Shown: positions 49,228-58,637 of the stretch, one piece after another
Layout: each line of letters begins with the position of its first letter
Numbering within the stretch: the first letter of the stretch is position 1
NCBI GenBank assembly: GCA_002688135.1
Contig: NZCD01000031.1
Location: 4,544-68,543, forward strand
Length of the DNA: 64,000 nucleotides
Origin: Parcubacteria group bacterium
GTDB lineage: Bacteria > Patescibacteriota > Patescibacteriia > Magasanikbacterales > GCA-002688135
Direction of reading: 5' to 3'
Made by a program: the position numbers and the translations under genes
The notes under the pieces: generated by a model
Seen by the model: only the letters and a program-made list of their open reading frames with translations
What the model was told of the DNA's origin: nothing
The model's database searches: none

Positions 49228-50154
49228 ATGAAAACCATTCCAGAAACAATAGAAATGGAGTCAGTAAAACAGTGTCCAATCTGCGCGCATACAACATTCA
49301 GCAAAATCGCAGACAAAGGTATTGTCGAAAAAGCTGGCGAACCATACGCAATGACAAATGTGATTTGCACACGATGTTCATGTGTATTTTTAAATCCACG
49401 ACCAACAGAAAATGGATATGCGGAATTCTATAAAACGCTCTACGTTTCAGATCGAGGAGAATCAACAAGAGAGGGTGAGGGTATTGTGATGAACAAAGAT
49501 ACAAGCAAAAAAACAGGATCAATCGCGCTCGCGTTGGAACCGCACATTAAGAAAGGGGATCGCATTTTGGTGATCGGCGGAGGATTGGGAATGGCATCGG
49601 CACATCTGCGAGATTATTTTGAAGCACATGTAGAAATGATTGAACCCTCACAAGAACAAGCAGGGCATGCATCAAACAAATACAATCTTGAAGTTCACAA
49701 CATGGATTGGGAAACATTTACAAAAACGCATTCTGAAAAAAAATACGATGCAATTGTCATGCATCATGTACTCGAACACTTTCCGCATCCCGTAACAATG
49801 CTCACAGAAGCGCGAAGCTATCTCAAAACAAATGGAGTATTATATATCGAAGTACCAGACGCAAATGACTACAAAAAACCAAAAGCACATTTTTTCGATT
49901 TACTTCATCCAATTAGTTTCTCACCATCTTCTATGTTTTGGACATTGCACTACGCAGGCCTCAAAGCAATTTGGAAAAATGAAAACAAAAAAACAAGATT
50001 ACAAATTATTGTACAAAAAGCAGAAGATGCTCAAGACAAGCAAAACATCCTATCTGCAAAAAAATTGGGTACACCCATAACAGTGTGCTATGGGCTCTAC
50101 AGAACAATGTGGGAGATCGCATACAACATAAAGAACTTTAAGAAAGCTGCATGA
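49228..50154 (+). CDS. Class-I SAM methyltransferase with N-terminal zinc-ribbon (paralog of 41226)
   Basis: CPICAH...CTRCSC; ILVIGGGLGMA; LKTNGVLYIEVP. Confidence 0.75.
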   Translation: MKTIPETIEMESVKQCPICAHTTFSKIADKGIVEKAGEPYAMTNVICTRCSCVFLNPRPTENGYAEFYKTLYVSDRGESTREGEGIVMNKDTSKKTGSIALALEPHIKKGDRILVIGGGLGMASAHLRDYFEAHVEMIEPSQEQAGHASNKYNLEVHNMDWETFTKTHSEKKYDAIVMHHVLEHFPHPVTMLTEARSYLKTNGVLYIEVPDANDYKKPKAHFFDLLHPISFSPSSMFWTLHYAGLKAIWKNENKKTRLQIIVQKAEDAQDKQNILSAKKLGTPITVCYGLYRTMWEIAYNIKNFKKAA

Positions 50155-51512
50155 ATCCGACCTTACTACAAATAATCCGAGGAATCGGAGCAATAGCAGT
50201 TTCAAATGTGGTGGGACGATTAAGCTCATTTACAACAGTCGTTCTACTGACGACTGCGTTGTCATTATACGAATATGGTTTGGTGATGTTGGCTCTTGCA
50301 ATAACCGGGCCAGTTTTGGCAATCATGTCTCTCGGGTTGGATGATATGATTCTAGCCGACACATCACGCTATCTCGCAGACGGAAAAAGATCACACGCAA
50401 AAAGAATGCTCGTGGGGTATCTATCAGTAAAAGCAGTTCTGCTTGTCGCGCTAATTATAAGTGGTTATTTCTTCCGTGATTTTCTCGCGACAAAATACGG
50501 AACACTCATTACAGACGCTTCACTCATCCTATTACTCTATGTAGTTCTTCAGTATTTTAGAACCTCATACAACACAATTCTACACATCCACAAAAGATTC
50601 AAAACCCTTGCATTCTGGAATTCAATCGAGCCAATCGCCCGACTTATATTCGTGGCTGTAGCATTTGCAGTAGGAGGAATTAATGTGATGGTTGCGCTAG
50701 CGTCATATGTCGCATCTTCTGCGGTGACTATTGTAGGAGCAACACCACAACTTCTTGCAATAGCAAAGACATATCTCAAAGTTCCAAAACTACAACAACC
50801 ACTTTTTAGAATCGCCATGAAAGCTCATGGAAAATGGCAATCCGCACTTTCAATGCTAGGAAGTTTCACAGGTGCAGCCGGAGTATATATCATCAAATAT
50901 TTACTCTCTACAGAAGCAGTTGCTATTTTCTCGGTCGCACAAAGCATGTTCTCTGCGATCGCATCACTCACTCCAATTAAAACTGTCATGGTGCCATTCA
51001 TATCACAATGGTCTACAAATAAAGAACGTCTCAATCAGGTGCTGAAAAAAATTACCAAATATTCCATGTTGATGTACGGGGTAATTATGATAGCTGCAAT
51101 TACTATAGGTCCAGAATTGATACATGTATTCTTTCCAAAATACACAGCCTCTATTCTTGTCTTTCAGATACTTTCTATTCGGTTGTTACTCAACACATTT
51201 TCAATTACGCAATCACCGACGCTCACTGCACTACGTGATCAAAAGTTCATGTCCGGTTTGAGCATATTCAAATTGATTATGCTAGTACTCCTAGCACCTC
51301 CACTGATTATGAAATTCGGAGTGATTGGGGCAGTTCTCGAAATTATCATCACAACTGCAATAATAGAACTTATTCGAGAATGGAGACTACGAACCCGCTA
51401 TGGAATCAAAACAACAACAATTCAGTCATTTTTCACTTTCGATCATATCGATAGGATGATTCTAAACCGAATGAAACAGTTCGGTCATATCATCAAGCAG
51501 AAACTTAAATGA
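50151..51512 (+). CDS. Polysaccharide/oligosaccharide flippase-like membrane protein (MOP superfamily, Wzx-like)
   Basis: 453 aa with ~12-14 TM helices. N-terminus LLQIIRGIGAIAVSNVVGRLSSFTTVVLLT is typical of the Wzx/PST family. Overlaps the upstream stop. Confidence 0.5.
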   Translation: MNPTLLQIIRGIGAIAVSNVVGRLSSFTTVVLLTTALSLYEYGLVMLALAITGPVLAIMSLGLDDMILADTSRYLADGKRSHAKRMLVGYLSVKAVLLVALIISGYFFRDFLATKYGTLITDASLILLLYVVLQYFRTSYNTILHIHKRFKTLAFWNSIEPIARLIFVAVAFAVGGINVMVALASYVASSAVTIVGATPQLLAIAKTYLKVPKLQQPLFRIAMKAHGKWQSALSMLGSFTGAAGVYIIKYLLSTEAVAIFSVAQSMFSAIASLTPIKTVMVPFISQWSTNKERLNQVLKKITKYSMLMYGVIMIAAITIGPELIHVFFPKYTASILVFQILSIRLLLNTFSITQSPTLTALRDQKFMSGLSIFKLIMLVLLAPPLIMKFGVIGAVLEIIITTAIIELIREWRLRTRYGIKTTTIQSFFTFDHIDRMILNRMKQFGHIIKQKLK

Positions 51513-51720
51513 GACCGGTACGATACTCCTGTGCGGGTGTAATGTAGATATTTTTTTCTCAGTTGTGTGAAAAACGACGAGGAAATATGGATCTATTGCC
51601 GAGGAGTTTTGAGCACATCTGAGGAAAAAAGAGCACATCACGCGTGTGCACGGAGTATTGTGCCGGTCTATCAAAAAACCCTTGCGAAAATAGGAGATAT
51701 GCGGTAAGATTCCGTCCACT

Positions 51721-53163
51721 ATGAAGACTATATTCATGACCATTTCTAGGGGTGGAACCGCACGAAATCTCTTGCAAAGTGAGGTATTTAGTGCGCTCAA
51801 AGAGTCTGGAAACAAACTGGTTATTATTGCACCTGCATCAGAGGATGGGACTTTTCAGAAACTCTGTGATGCTCCAAATATACATCTTGAAAAAATGGTT
51901 GAGCTGCCGTGGCGATGGGCAGATCGAGTTTTGGTAGGGATTCACAAGGGACTAATTTACAATAAGAGCACGATGTTCCGTGATAAGTTCGGAATTTACG
52001 ATCCTAAAGAGGGGAGCATGTTCAAGTACTGGATGCGAAAAATTTTTATTGCGCCATTTTCAAAATCAAAATCTCTCAAAAGATTTGCTAGAAAATTAGA
52101 TAAAGTAATAGCACCCGCACGACACTACGAAGAAATTTTTTCAAAACACAAACCAGACGTTCTTTTTTCGACAAGCATGATTGAAGATCAAGAAGTTGAA
52201 ATCATGAAACAAGCGGAAGCTCATGGTGTGCCAATAATCGCAATGCCAAAAACATGGGACAATCCATCAAAAATAAATCTTCGAGTAAAACCGAATAAGA
52301 TAATTGTGTGGGGAGAATATTCAAGAGATGAGGTGGTAAAATATTCGGCAATAGACGAAAAAGATATTGAGGTGTGCGGAATTCCACAATTCGACACATA
52401 TCGAAATATCGATCTGATTGATACACGCGAAGAATTTTGCACAAAATGGGGATTTGATCCAAACAAAAAAATTATTGTATTTGGATCTGAAGGCCGCATC
52501 ACACCACAAGATAAAGACATCGCCAGTCAGATTGCCGCTTGGGTAAAAAATGGTGGGATTGAAAATTCGCAATTGTTCATACGGCCTCACTTCATGTATC
52601 CGGAAGATCCCAAAAAATTCAAAAACATCGAAGCACAAGAAAATGTAAAAGTTGATAATTCTTGGAATCGAATTGATGGGTTTCGTGACAATTGGGATTA
52701 TTCAATGAAACAAATTTCACATTTCGCAAATCTGATGGTTCATGCGGATCTAATGATAACAACAGGCTCAACACTTTCAATAGACGCAGCTGCAACTGAC
52801 ACGCCAGTCATCAATATATATTTTGACACGCCAGATCCAAAACCATTTAACGAATCTGTGAGACGCTGGTACACATCAGAACATTACTCTCATGTGCTTG
52901 AAACTGGAGCTGTAAGTTTGGCACATTCAATGGAAGAGCTGAAAGAATACACAAAACGATATCTCAAAACACCATCTATCAGACAACAGCAAAGAAAAAA
53001 CTTGATTGAAAAATTTGGATACAAAAACGACGGAAAATCCGCAGAAAGAATCGCAGCTTCTGTTCTTGCGTTTATTGGCGAAGAACCTAAATCTCACACA
53101 CACCATGATTCTGTATTAATAACTAAGAGTGAAAAACAAGAACAGAAAGTAATGAGTAATTAG
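51721..53163 (+). CDS. GT-B-like transferase with RPH motif; TagB/TagF (CDP-glycerol glycerophosphotransferase)-like. Alternative reading: CMP-sugar (sialyl/Kdo)-transferase-like
   Basis: Motif order FGSEGRI ... IRPHFMYPED ... LMITTGSTLSIDAAATDTPVINIYFD mirrors the TagF-family order YAPTWR ... K/RPHP ... ISDYSS..D..LL.KPII. Paralog of the 56029 gene. The last codons lie in element A3. Confidence 0.4.
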   Translation: MKTIFMTISRGGTARNLLQSEVFSALKESGNKLVIIAPASEDGTFQKLCDAPNIHLEKMVELPWRWADRVLVGIHKGLIYNKSTMFRDKFGIYDPKEGSMFKYWMRKIFIAPFSKSKSLKRFARKLDKVIAPARHYEEIFSKHKPDVLFSTSMIEDQEVEIMKQAEAHGVPIIAMPKTWDNPSKINLRVKPNKIIVWGEYSRDEVVKYSAIDEKDIEVCGIPQFDTYRNIDLIDTREEFCTKWGFDPNKKIIVFGSEGRITPQDKDIASQIAAWVKNGGIENSQLFIRPHFMYPEDPKKFKNIEAQENVKVDNSWNRIDGFRDNWDYSMKQISHFANLMVHADLMITTGSTLSIDAAATDTPVINIYFDTPDPKPFNESVRRWYTSEHYSHVLETGAVSLAHSMEELKEYTKRYLKTPSIRQQQRKNLIEKFGYKNDGKSAERIAASVLAFIGEEPKSHTHHDSVLITKSEKQEQKVMSN

Positions 53164-53238
53164 TAATGAGTAAAGCGGTCGGCGAAGCCGACAAAAAGCC
53201 ACAGGCTTTACCTCATTACTAATTACTCATTACGCGCT
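53148..53238. repeat. Family-A hairpin element (AGTAATGAGTAATTAGTAATGAGTAAAGC / GCTTTACCTCATTACTAATTACTCATTAC) with nested GTCGGC-gaa-GCCGAC hairpin
   Basis: ~28-bp near-perfect arms. The inner 57 nt are near-identical (3 mismatches) to the copy at 62575. Overlaps the stop codon of the 51721 gene. Confidence 0.75.
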
Positions 53239-53250
53239 ACTAAATTTTCT

Positions 53251-54639
53251 ATGAAAATTTCACAACTCCGAAAAATCTGCCAAACAAGCTCAAGCTCACC
53301 ATCGGCAGCATCACAAACCATCTGGGGCCAAACCAACAGATTCTTTTCGATATACCTAACTCGACTTTTCATCAACACTAAAGTCACTCCTAACCAAATC
53401 ACTATTTTGGGGTCTGCGGTTTTCATCGCGGGTTGTACACTTTTTGTGTTCGGTACAATGAAGTTCAATCTTATCGGATTTGCAATGGTTGTACTGGCTT
53501 ACATTCTGGATGCATCAGATGGAGAACTTGCTCGCTACAGACGTCATCAAGGTCAAACTTCAAAGTACGATCTCGGAGGAGTATATGTAGAGCCAACATC
53601 ACACGACACACAATACGGATTCATGCTGGTTCCCATGGGATATGGAGCGATGATTGCTACAGGCTCTGCCTTACCATTAGTAGCCGCAGCATTTGCAACA
53701 ATTGGAAAACTCATGTTTCGATTACTGGAATTTCGATACATGGCTGCAGCGCGTCATATCGATGAAATTCAAGGCGCAACATATGGCTGGAAGCAAAACG
53801 TACAAACGCCAACCACACTCACGTATCGACTCTATAGAAATTTCTCAACGGTGTGTGGAATGATGCCACTATTGCTAATTGCTATTCTCGTTGACAGAAT
53901 CGATATATTTTTATATGCTTATGCAGTTCTCTTTATAGTATTATGGGCGGTGAAATTTGATCGAAATGTAGAAAAGATACAAAAAAAGATGCAAAAAAAT
54001 GAGACGACAAATCTGCCCAAAATCATCCTATTTGATTTTGACGGAACACTTGTAGATACTATGCATGGATACGCAGATCTAGCTGCGCAAATAATGCATG
54101 AGGCTCATGGAGCCCCGACAGATGAGGCACGTGATGCATATATGCATACATCAGGATTACCATTTTGTCAGCAACTGGAAGTAATCTATCCTCAAGATGA
54201 AAAGAATACTGGAGCAGCTGAAAGATTTGAAAATGAAAAACTCGAGATTATGTGGGCAGCTAATCCTGATGAGGATTGTGATGAGGTATTGACGAAGCTC
54301 AAAGAAAAAGGAATCACTGCAATCATCTCAAGCAACAACACTCAAGAAAATATTACAGCATATTCGCAAAAACATGCACTGAAAGTAGATGATGCGCTCG
54401 GTTACAAAGAAGGATTTGCAAAAGGCCGAGATCACGTCGAACACATAAAAGAAAAGTATAATGTATCTGAATCAGACTTATGGTTTATCGGAGATTCTTT
54501 CGCAGACGGAAAAAAAGCCCACGCACTAAACATCAACTTCATCGCTCGAACAGGAACAAATTCAGCAGACGCATTCTTAGAAAAATTTCCAAATATACAA
54601 ACTATCGATTCTCTAAGCGAGCTACTCAAACTTTTATGA
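53251..54639 (+). CDS. Fusion protein: N-terminal CDP-alcohol phosphatidyltransferase-family membrane domain + C-terminal HAD-superfamily phosphatase
   Basis: N-terminal half: ~6 TM helices with DASDGELARYRR, which fits the D-G-x2-A-R CDP-OH phosphotransferase motif. C-terminal half: ILFDFDGTLVDT (HAD motif I, DxDGT), ISSNNTQ (motif II) and GDSFADGKK (motifs III/IV). Confidence 0.65.
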   Translation: MKISQLRKICQTSSSSPSAASQTIWGQTNRFFSIYLTRLFINTKVTPNQITILGSAVFIAGCTLFVFGTMKFNLIGFAMVVLAYILDASDGELARYRRHQGQTSKYDLGGVYVEPTSHDTQYGFMLVPMGYGAMIATGSALPLVAAAFATIGKLMFRLLEFRYMAAARHIDEIQGATYGWKQNVQTPTTLTYRLYRNFSTVCGMMPLLLIAILVDRIDIFLYAYAVLFIVLWAVKFDRNVEKIQKKMQKNETTNLPKIILFDFDGTLVDTMHGYADLAAQIMHEAHGAPTDEARDAYMHTSGLPFCQQLEVIYPQDEKNTGAAERFENEKLEIMWAANPDEDCDEVLTKLKEKGITAIISSNNTQENITAYSQKHALKVDDALGYKEGFAKGRDHVEHIKEKYNVSESDLWFIGDSFADGKKAHALNINFIARTGTNSADAFLEKFPNIQTIDSLSELLKLL

Positions 54640-55874
54640 ATCACGAGAATAAAAAACGAAAAATCTGTGTCACCCTAATCAACCGCGCAAATTACGGTCG
54701 ATTAAAATCAGTGATGACAGCCATAAAAAATCATCCAGACTTGGAACTCCAGGTTATTTGTGGTTCAGCAATGTTGATTTACAATTATGGAAATGCGATA
54801 GATGTGGTTGAGCGTGACGGCTTTAAAGTTGACGAGAAAATCTTCATGCACGTTGCCGGTGAGACACCCATGACGATGGCAAAGTCAGTTGGAATGGGAA
54901 TGATAGAATTCCCTGCAGCATATGACAGATTAAAACCAGATATTGTAATGGTGAATGCAGATCGATATGAAACATTGGCTATTGCAGCATCAGCATCATA
55001 TATGAACATTCCAGTAGCACATCAGTTGGGTGGAGAATGCACAGGAACTATCGATGACTATGTCAGGCATGCAGTAACAAAACTTTCAGATATTCATTTT
55101 GCAGCTCACACAAAAGCAGCAGAACGCGTCGTTATGATGGGAGAGGATCCATCACGAGTATACGTCACAGGAAATCCGTCACTAGATGTTATTCATGAAT
55201 CACAATCAAATGTCACGAATCAACAATTCTGGGAGAAGTATGGAGGAAAAGGTGGTGGTGTAAATATTGATGAACCATTCTTACTCTCAATTTTCCATCC
55301 CGTTACAACTGATTACGGAAAAAACCGCACAAATGCAGAAGCACTCTTAAGCGCAGTTGATGAGTTAGAAATTCCAACAATCATGCTCTGGCCAAACAAT
55401 GACGCAGGGTCAGATGAAATTGCAAAAGCAATGCGTGTGAGATTCGATCAGGGAAACATGGAAAACCTTCACTTCATCAGAAACCTAGCTATTGAAGATT
55501 ACCTAACTCTCATGGCACGCTCATCTGCTGTGATCGGAAACTCATCATCAGGAATTATGGAAGCAGGATTTTTAGGAGTTCCATGTGTAAACATCGGAAA
55601 CAGACAAGAGGGGCGCGAGCAAACTCACAATGTAATCAATGTAGAACCAAATAAAGAAAAGATAATCGAGGCAATCAAACAATCAATTGAAAAGAAATCA
55701 TATCCAAAAGACCCGCTATTTGGTGATGGAAAATCAGGAAAACGAATCGCAGACATTCTCGCAACAATCCCACTAATGCGACCAAAGATTTATTTTGAAG
55801 CTTCAGATGAGACGAAGAAGAGTTACGTAGATCTTGTTGAACGTGAAGTGAAGCAACGAATGACAACGGAGTAA
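54636..55874 (+). CDS. UDP-N-acetylglucosamine 2-epimerase, hydrolysing type (NeuC/LegG-like)
   Basis: KICVTLINRANYGRLKSVMTAI; QLGGECTGTIDDYVRHAVTKLSDIHF matches the NeuC G-G-E-x-T-x-G...D...RHAITKLS.LHF block. The start ATG overlaps the upstream TGA (ATGA), so the track start 54480 was trimmed. Confidence 0.7.
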   Translation: MNHENKKRKICVTLINRANYGRLKSVMTAIKNHPDLELQVICGSAMLIYNYGNAIDVVERDGFKVDEKIFMHVAGETPMTMAKSVGMGMIEFPAAYDRLKPDIVMVNADRYETLAIAASASYMNIPVAHQLGGECTGTIDDYVRHAVTKLSDIHFAAHTKAAERVVMMGEDPSRVYVTGNPSLDVIHESQSNVTNQQFWEKYGGKGGGVNIDEPFLLSIFHPVTTDYGKNRTNAEALLSAVDELEIPTIMLWPNNDAGSDEIAKAMRVRFDQGNMENLHFIRNLAIEDYLTLMARSSAVIGNSSSGIMEAGFLGVPCVNIGNRQEGREQTHNVINVEPNKEKIIEAIKQSIEKKSYPKDPLFGDGKSGKRIADILATIPLMRPKIYFEASDETKKSYVDLVEREVKQRMTTE

Positions 55875-55989
55875 ATAGAAGAGCTGCTTTTGAGAACGCA
55901 GTGCTCAAAAGCGTTACTATAAAACGAAAAAGGTTTGGTGGGAATAATATAGAATGGCTGCGATGGTATAGGAGGATCAATACTAATAC

Positions 55990-56017
55990 GGGATCCCTCC
56001 TATTGTCGGGATGACGT
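55990..56017. repeat. Family-C half element (GGGATCCCTCCTATTGTCGGGATGACG)
   Basis: GGATCC plus the GGGATGAC core, preceded by an ATAGGAGG...CCTCCTAT short inverted repeat. The track ORF start at 56011 lies inside it. Confidence 0.5.
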
Positions 56018-56028
56018 GGAACGAAGTT

Positions 56029-57402
56029 ATGAAAAAAATCTTCATGATGTTATCGCGCGGATTCGTCGCGCGCAACATGCTTCAAACTGAAGTAAAAAAA
56101 ACAATACTCGAGCAAGAGGATGTACAACTCATCCTCTTTGTTCCATCTAACATTCCTGATCACTTTCACAAAGAGGCAAATCATCCGCGCATCACAACAA
56201 TAGAATGTGAGGATGTGCAGTATGGTCCATTGCGTCGTAGATTCGCGCGATCAATGCAAAAGATGGTGTATTCAAAAACTGCGCAATATCTATTGCATTA
56301 TGGTGGCCGTCCATCAAAGAAGAATATGTCGTGGCCGTTTTTTATTGTTGCACATGGATTCTTCAAATTACTCTCATCAATGAAATTCTTTATTCCAGTC
56401 TGGAGATGGCTGGAGATCGCGACATGGCCAGACAAAATATATGATGAGCATTTCAAAGAACATAAACCAGATTTGGTAATTGCGACAAGTCTTAAAACAA
56501 AACGAGATGCAGCTATTTTGAAATCTGCAAAACGATTCAATGTGAAACCGATTGGTATCACACGAAGCTGGGATAATTTGGATCGAATGTTATTGCAAGT
56601 TGTGCCAGACAAGTTGGTAGTACAAAATGAGGCAATGAAAGAAATTGCAATAAAAGATCATGCGATAGATGAGAAAACTATTTTTGTTGCAGGATTCCCG
56701 CAGTTTGATTTGTATGATAATTCAGAAACATTCGACGACTACGAAACATTTCTAGAAAAAAGAAATTTCACGCCAGATCGAAAAGTCATATTCTTTGGTT
56801 CTGAAGGAGCATGGGCGCCGTATGGATACATGATTGCACAGGAGCTGATCGATATGGCAAACAAGGATGAATTTGTGCATCCAGTTCAGGTGATTGTGAG
56901 ACCGCACTTTTCAGATATTAACTTTGACAAAAAAAATGTATATGACGTAGTTGAGGGTAGACCGCTCACATATTACGACAATTACTTCCGTGTCTCAAAA
57001 ATGTTTACCGACAAATGGGACCCTTCATGGGAGGAAATGACAAACCTCGCAAACCAACTCAAGCATTCAGATATGCTCATCACATACGCCTCGACATTGT
57101 CACTAGAAGCAGCTATACTCGATACACCAATAATCAATATCGATTATCAGGCAAGACAAGAACCAAAAGGTGGACCATTCATGGGAACATTCTACCAATC
57201 CAGTCACTATTCTAGAATGGCAAACTCTGGAGCAATCAAATTTGCGCATTCACGAAATGAATTGAAAGCGCTCGTAAATCGATATCTTGAAAATCCAGAA
57301 TACGAAAAAACAGAACGAAAAAAATTCGCAAACTGGCTTGCGCCTTACACAGGAGAGGCTGGAAAGAGACTTGGCGACTTTATTATTCAACAGCTGTCGT
57401 AA
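56029..57402 (+). CDS. GT-B-like transferase with RPH motif, paralog of the 51721 protein (TagF-like)
   Basis: FFGSEGAW ... VIVRPHFSD ... MLITYASTLSLEAAILDTPIINIDYQ. The N-terminus MKKIFMMLSRGFVARNMLQTEV parallels MKTIFMTISRGGTARNLLQSEV of the paralog. Confidence 0.4.
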   Translation: MKKIFMMLSRGFVARNMLQTEVKKTILEQEDVQLILFVPSNIPDHFHKEANHPRITTIECEDVQYGPLRRRFARSMQKMVYSKTAQYLLHYGGRPSKKNMSWPFFIVAHGFFKLLSSMKFFIPVWRWLEIATWPDKIYDEHFKEHKPDLVIATSLKTKRDAAILKSAKRFNVKPIGITRSWDNLDRMLLQVVPDKLVVQNEAMKEIAIKDHAIDEKTIFVAGFPQFDLYDNSETFDDYETFLEKRNFTPDRKVIFFGSEGAWAPYGYMIAQELIDMANKDEFVHPVQVIVRPHFSDINFDKKNVYDVVEGRPLTYYDNYFRVSKMFTDKWDPSWEEMTNLANQLKHSDMLITYASTLSLEAAILDTPIINIDYQARQEPKGGPFMGTFYQSSHYSRMANSGAIKFAHSRNELKALVNRYLENPEYEKTERKKFANWLAPYTGEAGKRLGDFIIQQLS

Positions 57403-57470
57403 TGAGTAATGAGTAATGCGGGCTATCGCCTTGCGCGATCGCTTTACGCTTTACTCATTACGCATTACGA
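57397..57470. repeat. Family-A hairpin element (CGTAATGAGTAATGAGTAATGCG / CGCTTTACTCATTACGCATTACG)
   Basis: Inverted GTAATGAG arms overlapping the stop codon of the 56029 gene. Inner GC-rich palindrome GCGATCGC. Confidence 0.65.
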
Positions 57471-57476
57471 ATCTAT

Positions 57477-58601
57477 ATGAAACTAGCAATTGTCTTGGGA
57501 ACAAGACCAGAAATAATCAAAATGGCACCAATTGTAAACGCATGCAAAAAAATGAATGTGGATTTTTTCATTTTGCATACTGGGCAGCATTACTCTGAAA
57601 ACATGGATTCAGTATTTTTCAAGGATTTGGAGCTGCCACAGCCGGATTACAATTTAGGAGTGGGGAATCAACCACATCGCAAACAAGTTGGGTTGATGAC
57701 ACGTCACATGCTCGAGGTATTCAAACAAGAAAAGCCAGATGTGGTGATTGTTCAAGGTGATACAATTTCAGTATTGTCTGGAACGCTCGCTGCAAAACGT
57801 CTGGGAATAAAAGTTGCACATCATGAAGCGGGACTACGAAGTCACGATCCATCGATGATTGAAGAAACTAATCGAGTAACCACAGATCATTTATCAGACT
57901 TTCTATTTGCACCAACAAAAGAAGCAACAAAAAATTTAGTAGAAGAAGGATACACAAGTGATCGAATTTTTGAAACAGGAAACACGATTGTTGATGCAGT
58001 TTTATACGCTAAAGATTTAGCAGAAAAAAAATCGAAGATTCTAGAGAAATTAGACCTTGTTAAAGGTAAATACGTTCTGATCACAGCTCATAGAAGTGAA
58101 AACGTAGATAAACGAACAAACCTCAAGGACATGATTCGCGGGATCGAATCAACAGCTGCATCATATCCAGAATTAACCTTCGTATATTCAATGCATCCTC
58201 GCACAAAGAAAATGATCGACCGTTTTGGACTTAATATGCCGCAGCACATGAAAATCATCGAACCAGTTTCATTTCTAGATTTTCTACAACTTGAAACACA
58301 CGCACGACTCATCATGACAGACTCAGGAGGCTTACAAGAAGAAGCCTGTATTTTAAAAGTTCCGTGTGTAACGATGCGCCTAAACACAGAACGTCCAGAA
58401 ACAGTTCGATTAGGAATAAATACATTAGCTGGAACACACCCCGATATGATCCGAGCAAAAGTAAAAGAAATGATGTCAAAAGATAATATCGAATGGAAAA
58501 ATCCATTTGGAGACGGAAAAGCAGCAGAACATATTTTGGAGATATTAGAAAAAGAAATGCAAACTCAACCTGAAAAGGTTGCAGAGTTGACAAATCAATA
58601 A
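57477..58601 (+). CDS. wecB: UDP-N-acetylglucosamine 2-epimerase (non-hydrolysing)
   Basis: MKLAIVLGTRPEIIKMAPIV; HHEAGLRS; MTDSGGLQEEA; 374 aa. These are canonical WecB/MnaA motifs. Confidence 0.9.
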   Translation: MKLAIVLGTRPEIIKMAPIVNACKKMNVDFFILHTGQHYSENMDSVFFKDLELPQPDYNLGVGNQPHRKQVGLMTRHMLEVFKQEKPDVVIVQGDTISVLSGTLAAKRLGIKVAHHEAGLRSHDPSMIEETNRVTTDHLSDFLFAPTKEATKNLVEEGYTSDRIFETGNTIVDAVLYAKDLAEKKSKILEKLDLVKGKYVLITAHRSENVDKRTNLKDMIRGIESTAASYPELTFVYSMHPRTKKMIDRFGLNMPQHMKIIEPVSFLDFLQLETHARLIMTDSGGLQEEACILKVPCVTMRLNTERPETVRLGINTLAGTHPDMIRAKVKEMMSKDNIEWKNPFGDGKAAEHILEILEKEMQTQPEKVAELTNQ

Positions 58602-58637
58602 TATTAACTACACTGTGCGAAGCACACAGGAGAAAAT

